64,000 nucleotides of DNA from Octopus bimaculoides (lineage: Eukaryota). Position numbers and translations under genes: made by a program. The notes under the pieces were generated by a model that saw only the letters and a program-made list of their open reading frames with translations, searched no databases and was not told the origin of the DNA. Each line of letters begins with the position of its first letter. Within the stretch, counting starts at the first letter, position 1. Where the stretch lies: NCBI RefSeq assembly GCF_001194135.2, contig NC_068981.1, positions 3,156,672-3,220,671 on the forward strand, written 5' to 3'. This document shows, in pieces, positions 38,080-50,205 of the stretch.

Positions 38080-39191
38080 CATTACATGATAATATTTACA
38101 GTAGCAAAAATAAATTGCCATCATATAATGAGTAATAGTCTCACATGAATATAAATGTCAAGTTTAGAAATGATATAAGCATTGCAGATCCTTCAAATTT
38201 ATGATACATGTAGTATGATCTGGGCAACATGCCAAAACTAGACTGTGTGCTAATACTTTTTGAAGAGAGTGAGCGAAATTTTTATGGAAACAAATAAGTT
38301 ATAATTTTCATGTTTGTGATCACTGAATTGGTTATAAATATGCCTACAAAAATAAAGAGATGTATTGTTGTTGTTTGATGGAAATAGGAGCAAGTGTTAT
38401 ATCACAAGTGAATTACAAAGAATGTGATGCTATAACAATATATGCATCATTATGAGAATACATTAAAGCTGGCAGAATTGCTTGTGTGCCAGACATGTTG
38501 ATTTATGGACGATTTGACTGAGGGCTGGTGAACCAGATGGCTGCACCAGGCTCCAATCTGATCTGGCAGAATTTCATATGGAAAAAGCCTTTCAAATTGT
38601 ATTTTTAATTATAGCAAGAATGACAATGTCTGGTGCTTCCAGCAGAGATGAGCTGTGATGAATTTGTAGCTGGATTGACTATGTTTTCCACGTATCTGGC
38701 TTGGATTTGGAAAGAATATTGGATCAGAGATTCATGAAATGGAAAAAGACTCATAAAATACTTTATTATGCGAGAAAAAGACTAAAGTTTAGAGCAAAGA
38801 ACTAATTCTCAGCGAGTGGTAAAACAGAATAGCTGCTGGATGGTTGGCATGGTTAAAGCCCCACTCTGCTTGTGATGGCTGCATGGATGACAATCATTGG
38901 CATGCCAGACAAAAATGTTTAGTAGAGACTCTTCGTGGTTTATATTCTGAGCTCAAATTCTACCAAGATATACTTTACCTTTCATCCTATCAGTGTTGAT
39001 AAAGTAAGTACCAGTTCAGCCCTGGGACTGATGCAATGAAATAGCTCCCTCTCCTCAAAATTCTGGCTTTGTGCCTATAGAAGAAAGAATTAAGGATTGA
39101 TCGAATTGACTTGTACTCTTTCACACTACAATTACTGGCCATGAAACCAAAATTTGAAACAGAAAAACAACAACAACAGCTGCTGCTGCTG

Positions 39192-39254
<63 letters not shown>

Positions 39255-39764
39255 TTACTACTTTGTTAAAAATATTGGATATAATTGAAAACTATTTAGG
39301 TCTTTTAATTAACTTACTTCCATTATTTAGATTCTCATCATTCCTGCAGTTTTTAACAACTTAATTTATGAGAAACTCAATAGTTTGGTCACTTGTTTCC
39401 AAATCTCGGACTTTAGGACCACATTGCATTGTACCAATAATTTGGTGTCTGGGATTGCATAAATGTAAACGGCATGAGCTATTTCTCTCCATTTTCCTTT
39501 CTTTTCATGCTTGTTCCTCTTGTTTGTTGAGCAACAAACTCACATTTTCAATATGGATTAGCTCCAGACGGACGAAGCTCTAATTCTGGGGAGGTGCTTG
39601 ATTTGTTATTTCTAGGAAAAGGGTAGATTGCCTCAAATAGTTTGGAATAATTTACCGTTAAAACAATCCGATCAATTTGCGAGTGCTAAATTTTATGGAG
39701 ATAGTGCTTTAAGTATTCCCGATTGAAGTGTACAATTGAGGAAGTGTATATACCTTTCTGTCTA

Positions 39765-40766
39765 AATTTTAGACCAAGGCAGGGTGCTTGGCCCTTAAAG
39801 TGTCTCCGAGCACTCACAGCCCTCAGCCAGTTGGGATAGCGGTTGGTGGAAGTTCCACCTTGGAGTTCTATATGGGATTAGTGCAGGGCAAGAGCAATGG
39901 TGTACTTGGAGAGCTCCTGGGCATTGATTAGAATCAACTGGCTGGTCACTTCCAAAGGACTTTCGGGCCAGGAACTATGGGTAACTTCCAGAAATCCCTG
40001 GCCTGGCAGTGCTACGAGAAGGAGCCACTGACAGTTCAAAATAAGCTGTACAGGCACAGGTGTGCAGTCAGTCGGGCTTGTCAGAGATGTATGTGGAGTG
40101 ATGTAACCGTTCTGCATGCTCTTGTACAGTGCGCACGCATTGCTGACTTGTGGAGCTTTGTCGATCAGTTATTGTCACATGTAGGACAGACCCAGCTATT
40201 GTCTGTGTCTATTGTGAAGATCGCCCTGCCTCCTTCCTTTGACCGGAAAGGGAGGGCCGTTTTTCTCTGTCTGGTGGCTATGGTGAAAGAGGTTGTGTGG
40301 TAGACGTGATTGAAAGGATTAAGGACAGGTACCTTCCTCTTTGGCCAAGGCCTAATCAACTTTTTCAGGTTACACCTGAAAAGGAAAGTGAGGCCAGAGA
40401 GGGATGTACTGTCACCCAATAAGTTCATTGAAAGGTGGGTGAATATGGCAAGAATGGCCCATGTGAATGGTCCCACTCTAAGTTCGCGCCTGTATGCCTT
40501 ACAGAAAGGAGAAAAAAGGGTGCCTTCCTGAGGAGCCCTTGGTGTTGGGGTCCAAAGGGCGTAAGGTCTCTTTGGTCACCTAACGGTGGAACTCCCCCAC
40601 CCATTGGGGAAGCATATTGTTAATTTTATCTCTTTTATAATCGTTGTGTTTGTTGGTTGTCTACACGTTTAACTTCACTGTCCCTCGTCTGTCTATCGTC
40701 CACTATGTTTTGTGTTCGGCCCTGGTGGCCAAGAAAGAAAGAATTATTATTATTATTATTATTATT
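39765..40766 (+). mobile_element. L1/Tx1-clade LINE, 5'-truncated, with zf-RVT-like domain and (ATT)n tail
   Basis: RACQRCMWSDVTVLHALVQCARIADLW (CX2CX7HX4C), continuing to LHLKRKVRPER...ERWVNMAR, then a 3' UTR and (ATT)n at 40743-40766. Confidence 0.8.
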
Positions 40767-40904
40767 CATTTATATCTGTAAATTATATTAACAAAAATTA
40801 TATTAACAAGAGTATGGTGGTCTCAATTCAGTTTTGTAATAAATCTATTTAGTTTTGCTTTATTTTCTATTGATTATTTATTTTCTATTATTCCTTTATT
40901 CCCT

Positions 40905-42082
40905 TTATTGAAAATTAATTCTTTTTACGATTTATTTACCGAAATCATTTATTTTTACGATTATTACCGAAGTATGTTTCACGAAATACATTTTTTTCAA
41001 TTTTTTGCTTTTTCATTAATAATATTAATCATAACATCAAATTATTATATTATTTTCGCAAAAAATTTACAGATAATCTTCATTTAACAATTTATTTGAT
41101 AGATATGTAATAATCTTTTTAACTATTTAAATCATTACTTTGGTTTCCATTCATAACCAGACGACAGGTTCATCTCTGCGTAAGTCTGAACAACGGTTTT
41201 ACTTCTTAAACATCTTCGTATTTTTTTGTTTAAAACCGTCACATTTAAATTAATGACATCGAACATTTATATTTTATTTGCATTCTTTATTGGATATTTA
41301 TATAATTATCGTAGTTTGGCCGTCAAGATATTGAATTGACAGAAGCCCAAACGATTATCCTTCATCTTTACAGGAAGCTCTTTGGCCATCCGTTCCAGTT
41401 CAATATCTCTTCCAATCGTAGACATGCTTTGTAAAATAAAATTAAAATAGTGTAACACTCATGGCTTTAGGAAACATTATTTCATGATCAGAATTCTGAA
41501 ATCCTGGACTAAATAACAAATATCAGTTGTTAGTCTGTTAGGACATTGCTCTGTTAAAAGCTTCCTTGCCTCCCGTAATTCCCCAACATTACCCCTGACC
41601 TAACCCTTCTTTCATCTTCATGACCCCTAATGTCCACTTTTTTCTATCTATTGCTTATATTACTTTTTAGCTTCCGTTGATGTCTTTCTCTAATTACATG
41701 TCTTCTTTCTCTCTTTTTTTGAACACTTTACAAAAAGCTCCTTATTATATTCTTCTTTGGAAAGTGTTCTTTAAGCTCCTTCTCCAGCAGAACTATGGAT
41801 GAGTAAAGACGTTCCAGCCGTGGTCATCCCTTCTTTTTTTCTTTATCTATCTCTCTCTCTATCTTTTTGCGAATATTTAAGTTAGAACAACCTTATACAT
41901 ATCTTATTTTCTAAAATAGTAATCTATAATTTTAGGGAGATTTAGTTATTTCTCGCGGCTCCTGTAGTAAACAGTCTTAAAAGTGATTCTTCTCCGATAA
42001 TTCTTTAATAATTTCATTGAACTTTGAAGAAAAGATACAAATAATTGTATTTTATTTTATATCCATTCATATTTAGTTTATA

Positions 42083-42127
<45 letters not shown>

Positions 42128-42181
42128 NNNNNNNNNNNNNNNNNNNNNNNNNNNNNNNNNNNNNNNNNNNNNNNNNNNNNN

Positions 42182-42221
<40 letters not shown>

Positions 42222-43002
42222 GCAAAAACGAGGGGTAGAGTCGGACATTCGCGGTAACGTTATTTTTATTTGGAAATGATATATTAATGGCAATGTTTTT
42301 GATTAAAAATTGAGATATTATAATAATATTTGATAAAATGTAGTAGAGACAGTTGTGATAATAATCGTTGGATAAGTTTACCTCCTTCCTTCTGAGCGGT
42401 GGGGCTAAAATAAAGTACCAGTTATGTACTGAGGTAAGCGTATTCCATTTTACCCCGACTCCAGAAGATTATGGTATGGTCTTGTATCTATGAAAAATAT
42501 GGTATACAAGGTGTCCACAAAGTCTGGCTACATGGAGTAAATAAAATCATAACATAAACAATTAAATATCAGAAATAATAATTTCTTAAAGTATGTGGCA
42601 ATCCCCATGTACCCAGATTTTGCGGACACCCTGTAGAATAAAACATAATGAAATAAAATATATTTATTACAACCGAATTGAAAAAATTCCGAAAATTAAA
42701 CTGTGATACTATGTTTAATTATTTGAGATATATTTGGATCTTTCTGTTGCTGTCACAGTTTTAGAAATTAAAAAAAAGGGAAAACTTTGATAGCAATAGA
42801 AAAGATCCGTATTTTATGAAGACTATATATTACAAAAGTACACTTCCTTATTTGTATTATTACAATAGGGACTGCTGGAAACCTTATCTCCAGAAGATAT
42901 AGCACTCATAAAGAAAAGTGTGACTTTGAATTATTGATCAGATCGATGTTTCAACAGTAAATAGTTCCAAACTCTTGGAATCAATCTACCCTTTCTCTAG
43001 AA

Positions 43003-43043
<41 letters not shown>

Positions 43044-44615
43044 AGCACCTTCACAGAATTAGACATCCATTTGGAGCTAATCTATATTGAAAATGTGAGT
43101 TCGTGCTCGGCAAAGAAGAGGAGCAAGCCTGAACAGAAAGGAAATTTGGGAGAGATAGAGAATAACATTTATGTAACCCCAAATTCTTTGAGCAATACAG
43201 CCTGGACAGGCAAAGTTGATCTTGTCTGGATGGATATTAACCCCGACTTAATGAGATCGAACCAAATAATGATTGAGATCTTTTTAAAATTCTTCCAACT
43301 ACGCCAAAGAATATGGTGAACAATTGAAATAATTTAGGTGGTTGGAAGAATTTTAGAAAGATTCTATTTATTCACTTCATCTTATTTAATGAAGATTAAT
43401 TATTTTTACGATTTATTTACCGAAATTATCTATTTTTACGATTATTATCGAAGTACGTTTCACGAAATATATTTTCTTTTTCGACTTCTTACTATTTAAC
43501 TAAAATCAGTCTTAACATCAAATTATTTTACTTTTTAAAACCAATTACAGATAATCTTCACTTAACAGTTTATTTGTTAGATATAATAATTAATATTTTG
43601 ACTATTTCAATCAATACTTTGGTTTCCATTCATTATCAGACGACAGGTTCATCTGTGCGTAAGTTGAAACAACAGCTTTACTGCTTAAATCTTAATTATC
43701 TTCGTTTTTAGTTTAAAAACGTCTCATTAAAATTAATGACATCGTACTTGGATTCAGTTGGTGTCAAAAAATATATTTTATTTGATTTCTTTATTGAATA
43801 TTTTCTAAGTTTGGACGTTAAGGAACTGACTTGGTGCCCCCAAGATTATCTACTATAGATTATCTTTTTAATTGTGTATCTCTACCACTCGTGGACATGC
43901 TTGTAAAGTAAAATAAAAACAATGTAGTATCCTTGACCATAGGAAACCTGTTTTAACGTTCAGAATTGTCAGATCCTGGAACAAATAACCCACATCAGTT
44001 CTTAATCTGTTAGGATGTTGCATCCTTCAAAAATCTCATGTTTCCCAATATTCATTAACATTGTTCCTGACCTGCTTGCTCAACCGTCTTCTCATAAGAT
44101 TCTTTTCATGTTCACTTTTCGTCTTTTTTTTTCCTGTGTATTGCGTATGTATTTCTTAGTTTTTGTTGATCTATTTGTCTCCTCTTTTAACCTTTCCTGA
44201 CGAGTTAAAGTGCACCTGAGCACTGCATGCAGTAAGCTCATTAATTTTTCTTTGCAAAGTAGTTTAGCTCCACTTTCCAGCAGACCTATGAGCGAAGACG
44301 CTCCATCGGTGATCATCTCCCTAATTCTCTCTATTTTATTTAAAAAAAATTATTTTTTGGCAAATAGTTTATTTAGGACATTACACAATATCTTTACTAA
44401 AATAGCAAGAAATAATTTAAGGGAGATCTAGGCGTTATTTTTAGTAGCTCAACTTACTGTATAGAGACTCCGTGTAGTCGTTATTTTGAAAGTAAACAGA
44501 CTTAAAAGTGATTGTTCTTCAATAATTATTTAATAATTTCATTGAACTTTGAAGAAAAATGTACGAATAATTGCATTTTGTTTTATAATTATTCATATTT
44601 GGTTGATATCTATCA
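40905..44615. repeat. Diverged direct duplication, units about 40905-42085 and 43385-44615
   Basis: Collinear blocks: tttttacgatttatttaccgaaat, cagacgacaggttcatct.tgcgtaagt, gacatgct, ccagcaga.ctatg, taataatttcattgaactttgaagaaaa. Confidence 0.9.
42507..42633. mobile_element. Tc1/mariner MITE, 127 bp, TA target duplication
   Basis: TA|CAAGGTGTCCACAAAGTCTGGCTACATGG ... CCATGTACCCAGATTTTGCGGACACCCTG|TA. Confidence 0.85.
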
Positions 44616-44704
44616 AAAGGATAGCATTAGACATTTACTGTAACATTTTTAGTTTGAAATAATAATATCAATGATAATATTTTGGATGAAAGATTGTGAT
44701 AAAG

Positions 44705-45030
44705 ATCCCCTTTGATCATGAATGACCATGGGATTGCACCTAGAAAGTTACCCGCCAAGGCACAAGTCCAGGCAAGGTTGTTTTATGGAAGACCAGTAGT
44801 CATCCATGCGTACCAGCCTCCCCTCTTCACGTCACCAATGTTTTCCAAGGGAAAGGCAAAGGGGCCCCGATACTGTTTGGCACCAGTGACGTCATAAGTC
44901 ATTTCTACAGCTGAATGAATTGGAACAATGTAAAATAAAGTGTCTGGCTCAAGAACACGATACACAGCATGGTCTGGGAATTGACCTCAATATCTCATTG
45001 TTGTGAGCCCAACGCTCTAACTACTGAGCC
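44705..45030 (-). mobile_element. tRNA-SINE family E
   Basis: Minus-strand head TGGCTCAGTAGTTAGAGCGTTGGGCTCACAA (A-box-like), followed by GTGTTCTTGAGCCAGACACT. Confidence 0.65.
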
Positions 45031-46137
45031 ATAATTGAGATCTTTGCTCGTTGGATGAGTTTACTTTCCATCTTTCTGAAAGAATTTAAATAAAAGGCTG
45101 ACTTTCAGAATAGCTATCAGTTATCATGAATAAAATGAATTGCTTTGGTATTTCTATAATATCTAACCTTTTGAATTCTGTTGTAAGCATTAAAAAAAAA
45201 AAATTTAAATGCAAATTTTCAAACTTCCTGCCCCTCCCCCACCATTCGGCCTTCAAAATAGTTTCCTTGATTTTAATTTTTTTTTTTTTAAGTTTTCTTT
45301 TTATCCATGTTAAAATAATTCATTTTTCTTTTCATATTTCTCAACCCTTTCTCTATCTCCTTATTAAATGACTTTATTAAACTGCTCATGGCTGCTGGAG
45401 CTGCTAAAAATAATAGACTTACACAAGTAGATGTATGAGAAATAAAATTGGAATTTTGGAAGTTTTTTTAAAATTTCAATTGTTTGAAATGTAGGAAAGA
45501 ATATTTTTAATTGAAGAAAGTAGACTGGAACAATAATATTCTCTCGCTTTCCCTCTCTCTATCATAGCAATATTTTTCGCGGCACTTTTTCTAATTAAAA
45601 TCGCTCATTTCTGTTTTCTAAATAATTAAATATTTCTTTCCATGGTGTAAGAGGAAATCTTGTTGAGAAATATTGCTGCTCTAAATTGAAGTATAGCAGC
45701 TGATAACTAGTACCCTTGTGTCTTGAAGTTGAAGGATAACCAATCTACAGTCTTTTCTTAAAAACTGTACATAAGAATAATTCTAACTAAAGTGTTTGTT
45801 TAGAGTGTGGTCTACCTCACTATGAAAGAAGTGACATGAAAAAAAAAATAGAAGGAAAATGGAGACGATTGTGATTGTGTACATAGAAAAACCTCAAAAA
45901 ACAAAAAAGAAACACTGTCCCAACACTGCTAAAGTGAAACCATATAAACTAAACTATATCTTTCAAGATTTTACTTTTGTTCTAACATATTTGATATTTC
46001 TTTGTAGTTATTTGACTATATTCAGAGTTTTAGTAAATAAAATGTAATTATTTACCTGTTTTTGTTACAAATGGATATCAATAAGTTAAATGTTTCCATT
46101 TCAGTGAACTTTTGTACTGAATTTTAGAAAAAAGAAA

Positions 46138-46168
46138 ATGGATATAAGGAAAAGAAAGAATGATGCAT
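46138..46168 (+). CDS. Gene 2 candidate first coding exon (MDIRKRKNDA), exon 46105-46168 including 5' UTR
   Basis: Acceptor tttccatttcag| at 46104, ATG at 46138, donor GCAT|gtaagt (phase 1). Product not recognised. Confidence 0.5.
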
Positions 46169-47544
46169 GTAAGTAAAATGATAACCAGGCTTATTGCTAC
46201 AGATTTAACCTATATATATGGGATATATATTTAAAATATGTTCTCGATTATTTTTGAAACAATTCCTACAGAAATTTAAATAATGTGGAACTGAATCAAC
46301 ATTTTAAATACTTACAACTTTAACTGAGAGAGAGAGAGCAAAACCGTATGTGATCAGAAAGTACATATACAGTTTCTACTAGATAGTAATTCTCTCAATA
46401 ATAGTAAAGATAGCAGAAATAATAATTATCTGATCCATTTAAATTTAGCACTTTCATTTGATGGAGTTTCCTTGACTAATAATGACATATTATATACCAA
46501 GTTTGAGGAGTTGCTGTGTTGTACATGGCTTTTACTTTAAAAAAAAAAAAAGAAAGAAAAAATCTTCATGCTATCGGTTCTTATTGAAGATTATTAGTCT
46601 TTAAGATGGGCACATCATCATTACTTTTAATGTCTAGTTTTCCATGCTTGCATGGGTTGGACAGAATTTGTTGAGGCAGATTTTGTATGGTCACCTGTTT
46701 TCAAAAAAGGTAATATTTTCCCATAGCCAGACATGTTTTCACAGAAAGTTGAAAACAAAGGATATTGCTTGCATGATGGTGATACTCATTTACAACTATC
46801 ACATACACACAATTTTCATCTATCAAATTCACTCACAAGGCTTTGTGGCCAGAAGACAGGAACACATTCTCTTCCTCTCTCTCACATGCACACACATGAC
46901 TGGTTTCTTCCAATTTTCCTTTACCAGATCAACTCACAAGGCTTTGGTTGACACAGGGCTGTAGAGGAAGACATTTGCCCGAGGTGCCACACAGTGGGGC
47001 TGAACTCTGAACCATGTGGTTGTGCAGCAACATGTTTATTTAATAAAACGTCTTTATAAAATATTTGTTTGTCTTTTCCCTTCTAATGTTAAAAGGAATA
47101 TCATTCTTTTCATTTCCAGATATAGGCTCTATTTCTATAAGTTAAGAACATTCTATTTGGATTCCTAAAAGAATCTTCTATTTTGTTTGTCATAAGACTG
47201 CAGCCATGCTGGGGCACTGCCTTGAAGGGTTTAGTGGAGCAAACTGAATTAACCCTGTACATTTTTTTCCTTTTTTAAGCCTGGTACTTATTCTCATGGC
47301 CTTTTTTGCTGAACCACTAAGTTATGAGGACATAAACAAACCAGCACTGGTTATGTGGGTGGGGATCAAACGACAACACACACAGATATACAACGGGCTT
47401 CTTTCTGTGTTTGGCCCAGAAGACACTTGCCCAAGGTAGCATGTAGTGGAACTGAACCCAGAACTATGTGGTTGGAAAGCAAACTTCTTACCACACAACT
47501 ACATCTGTAAATAAAATATCGTTTTAAATGAATTCGATATGAAA

Positions 47545-47937
47545 TTTAGTGATGCTAGGTGTAATCTTTAGTGGTACTCCATTGGTTACGATAACGAGGG
47601 TTCCAGTTGATCCGATCAACGGAACAACCTGCGCATGAAATTAACGTGCAAGTGGCTGAGCACTCCACAGACATGTGTACTCTTAATGTAGTTCTCAGAG
47701 ATTCAGTGTAACACAGTGTGATAAGGCTGGCCCTTTGAAATACAGACACAACAGAAACAGGAAGAAAGAGTGAAAGAAAGTTGTGGTGAAAGAGTACAGC
47801 GGGGTTTGCCACCATCTCCTGCTGGAGCCTTGTGGAGCTTTAGGTGTTTTCATTCAATAAACACTAACAACGCAATCGAAACTGATCTTATGACCTCGAG
47901 TCCGCTGCCCTAACTACTGGGCCATTGCACCTCCACA
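47545..47937 (-). mobile_element. tRNA-SINE family D
   Basis: Minus-strand head GGAGGTGCAATGGCCCAGTAGTTAGGGCAGCGGACTC...GTTTCGATT. Confidence 0.65.
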
Positions 47938-49014
47938 GGAGGTGTAATGGTACACTTATAAATGATATTATTAGTTAAAAGAATAAAATTAAATGGGCAT
48001 TATCTGGAAGTATTACAATTCTAGCTGTAGCTGGTAATGTTATTGGGTAAAATTTAGTCAAGTTAGAAATAGCAATGTTACATGCAAAGTTAGGGGTAAT
48101 AGTTTGCTGAAGCCTTGTGATTGACTAGTTCGCTTCTCAGCTACATAGCTTCAAGTTTTGCCCCATTGCAAGTGTCTTCTTCTATAGCCCTGGGGTGACT
48201 AATGACTTACCAGGGAATTTGGTAGATGAAAACTGAAAGAAGCCCATTGAATATATCTGTGTATATGTCTGTGTGTATGTGTGAATGCTTACAATCTGTA
48301 CTGAGTTGCTGCTACAAACAGTGGCATCCTCATTTATAGCTGGGCTACAACTGGTTACCTTTTGACATTTTCTGCACTTTCAAATTCATCTAAAATAATA
48401 AAAATTCCCTATTTAAAAAACAGGCAAGGCTTGGCACTCGGAAAAGCATCTGGCTTTAAAAACTGTCCTGCAACTACCACCCCCACCAAGACATGCTAGC
48501 ATGGCAAAGCTTGTTAAAAGTACAAATGGTGTGTGTGGGTGTGTATGAATGTATGTATGTGTGTGTGTATATATACATTAATCCCTTGCCGTATTGCGAT
48601 TCATCTACCGCGGCTTATTATTTAAGTTTATGTCAATTCCTGCATGCTGTTTTGCATTTATAATAAAATATATACAAATATACAGTGCAGCACTATTTCT
48701 TCTTCAGATTTTCACCTATCACGGGGCGTTTTGGAATGTAACACCCACGATAGTTGAGGGATTACTGTGTGTGTGTATATATGTATACACATATATAATA
48801 TCATTGTGGGTCAGATGGAAATCGTAGAGGTAGATTTTACATGTCCAGATGCCCTTCTTGTCACCAGCCTTCACTTGTTTCCGAGCAAGGTAAAATTTCA
48901 CTATTGCAAACACTACCTGTATGACTGTGTTGCTTGTTTACACTTACCATCCAATGTGATGACAAGTCCCACACAGGTAACCAGACGCATTTATAGGTAC
49001 ATAGACATGTGTAT

Positions 49015-49072
<58 letters not shown>

Positions 49073-50192
49073 GTGTGTGTGTGTATGTATGAGATAGTAT
49101 AGATATATAATGGCTATAGGGAAATATATCCACTCATAAGTTTTTGGTCAGCCCAAAGCAACAGTAGGTGACACTTGCCTAACATGTTACTCATGGCTGG
49201 GAAGCAAAATTCTTAACCATACAGCCATGTTCGTGTTTGTATGTGTGGAGTGGGTGGGTAGGTGAGTCCTTTAATCCTGAAAATACCACAAAGGTGGTGA
49301 GCTAACAGAATTGTTAGTATGCACAGCAAAATGCTTGGCAGCATTTTGTTTGCCTTTATTTTCTGAGTTCAAATTCTGTGAAGGTCGACTTTGCCTGTCC
49401 ATTCCTTTCAGGGTTGATAAAATAAATACCATTTGATCACTGGGGTCGATGTAATCGACTTACCCTCTCCCCCAAAATTGCTGGCTTTATGCTAAAATCT
49501 GAAAGCAATATTGAAAATACCTATTATCTAAACATTAATATAATCTAATAATAATAATAATAATCTAAACACGAATTAGTGGCCAGTGTCTAAAGTGTAT
49601 GGGACTGTGTTGGATTGTTTATGTCAAATGTATGAAAATGCTAAATGCTAAAAAAAAATGCACAAATGAAATCATAAAGAAGAAAACAAGTAACAGGAAA
49701 ATTAAAGAAGCTGTAGCATTTGTGCTTGTAGAATTTTAATATAAATTCAGGAGAAAGACAGAGACTTAATCTTATATTTATATATTACTAGACTTAAAAA
49801 TGAAACTGTTATATATATATATATATATATTACTAGATTTAAAGTCGGTAAAAATAATGGGAAATATTCATTTTGTTCATGACAACATTAATAGCATAAA
49901 CGAACAGAATTGTTTGTAATTAGAAACTGAAACAGAATTATGGCCTTTTTACTTGCGCCCTACATCAGAATAAACAACCGAGAAAATAATGAGTTAAATA
50001 ACTTATTAAATTGATTTTTTTTTAATACTTTTTTGTTATCCCGATCAAACATTTTGGATTATAGTTAGAAATTAACTTCTGATTATGACAAGGCTCACAG
50101 CTAAAAAAAATACAAGAAAGATCACTTTGTACTTTTTGTCATTAAGTAGTCTCCCCTGCTGTCAATCAAAATCCATAGCTAAGCTGGCAGTA

Positions 50193-50205
50193 GTTGCATA
50201 GCAAC
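50193..50205. promoter_or_regulatory. RFX X-box-like palindrome GTTGCATAGCAAC
   Basis: One base shorter than GTTGCCATAGCAAC, inside a small CpG-retaining patch (49.9-50.6 kb). Confidence 0.3.

Larger units (their letters stand above)
39400..43290. repeat. Diverged inverted duplication, about 39400-39720 vs 42895-43290
   Basis: aactcacattttcaatat.gattagctcca and ggtgcttgattt...aaagggtagattg at 39537-39632 match the reverse complement of about 42980-43120. Confidence 0.85.

Noticed and set aside
42975-43319. 114-aa ORF
   Set aside because: It starts at TTG, includes a poly-A (Lys) run, and is the opposite strand of an inverted-duplicated segment whose partner is not open.
44092-44316. 74-aa minus-strand ORF MITDGASSLIG...
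   Set aside because: The paralogous block near 41.8 kb is frameshifted and stops early, so it was not called a CDS.
48580-48765. Possible exon after ttcttcttcag| (IFTYHGAFWN...)
   Set aside because: It is bounded by TAATCCCT...AGGGATTA inverted ends, so it is more likely a piggyBac-like MITE, and it has no good donor.
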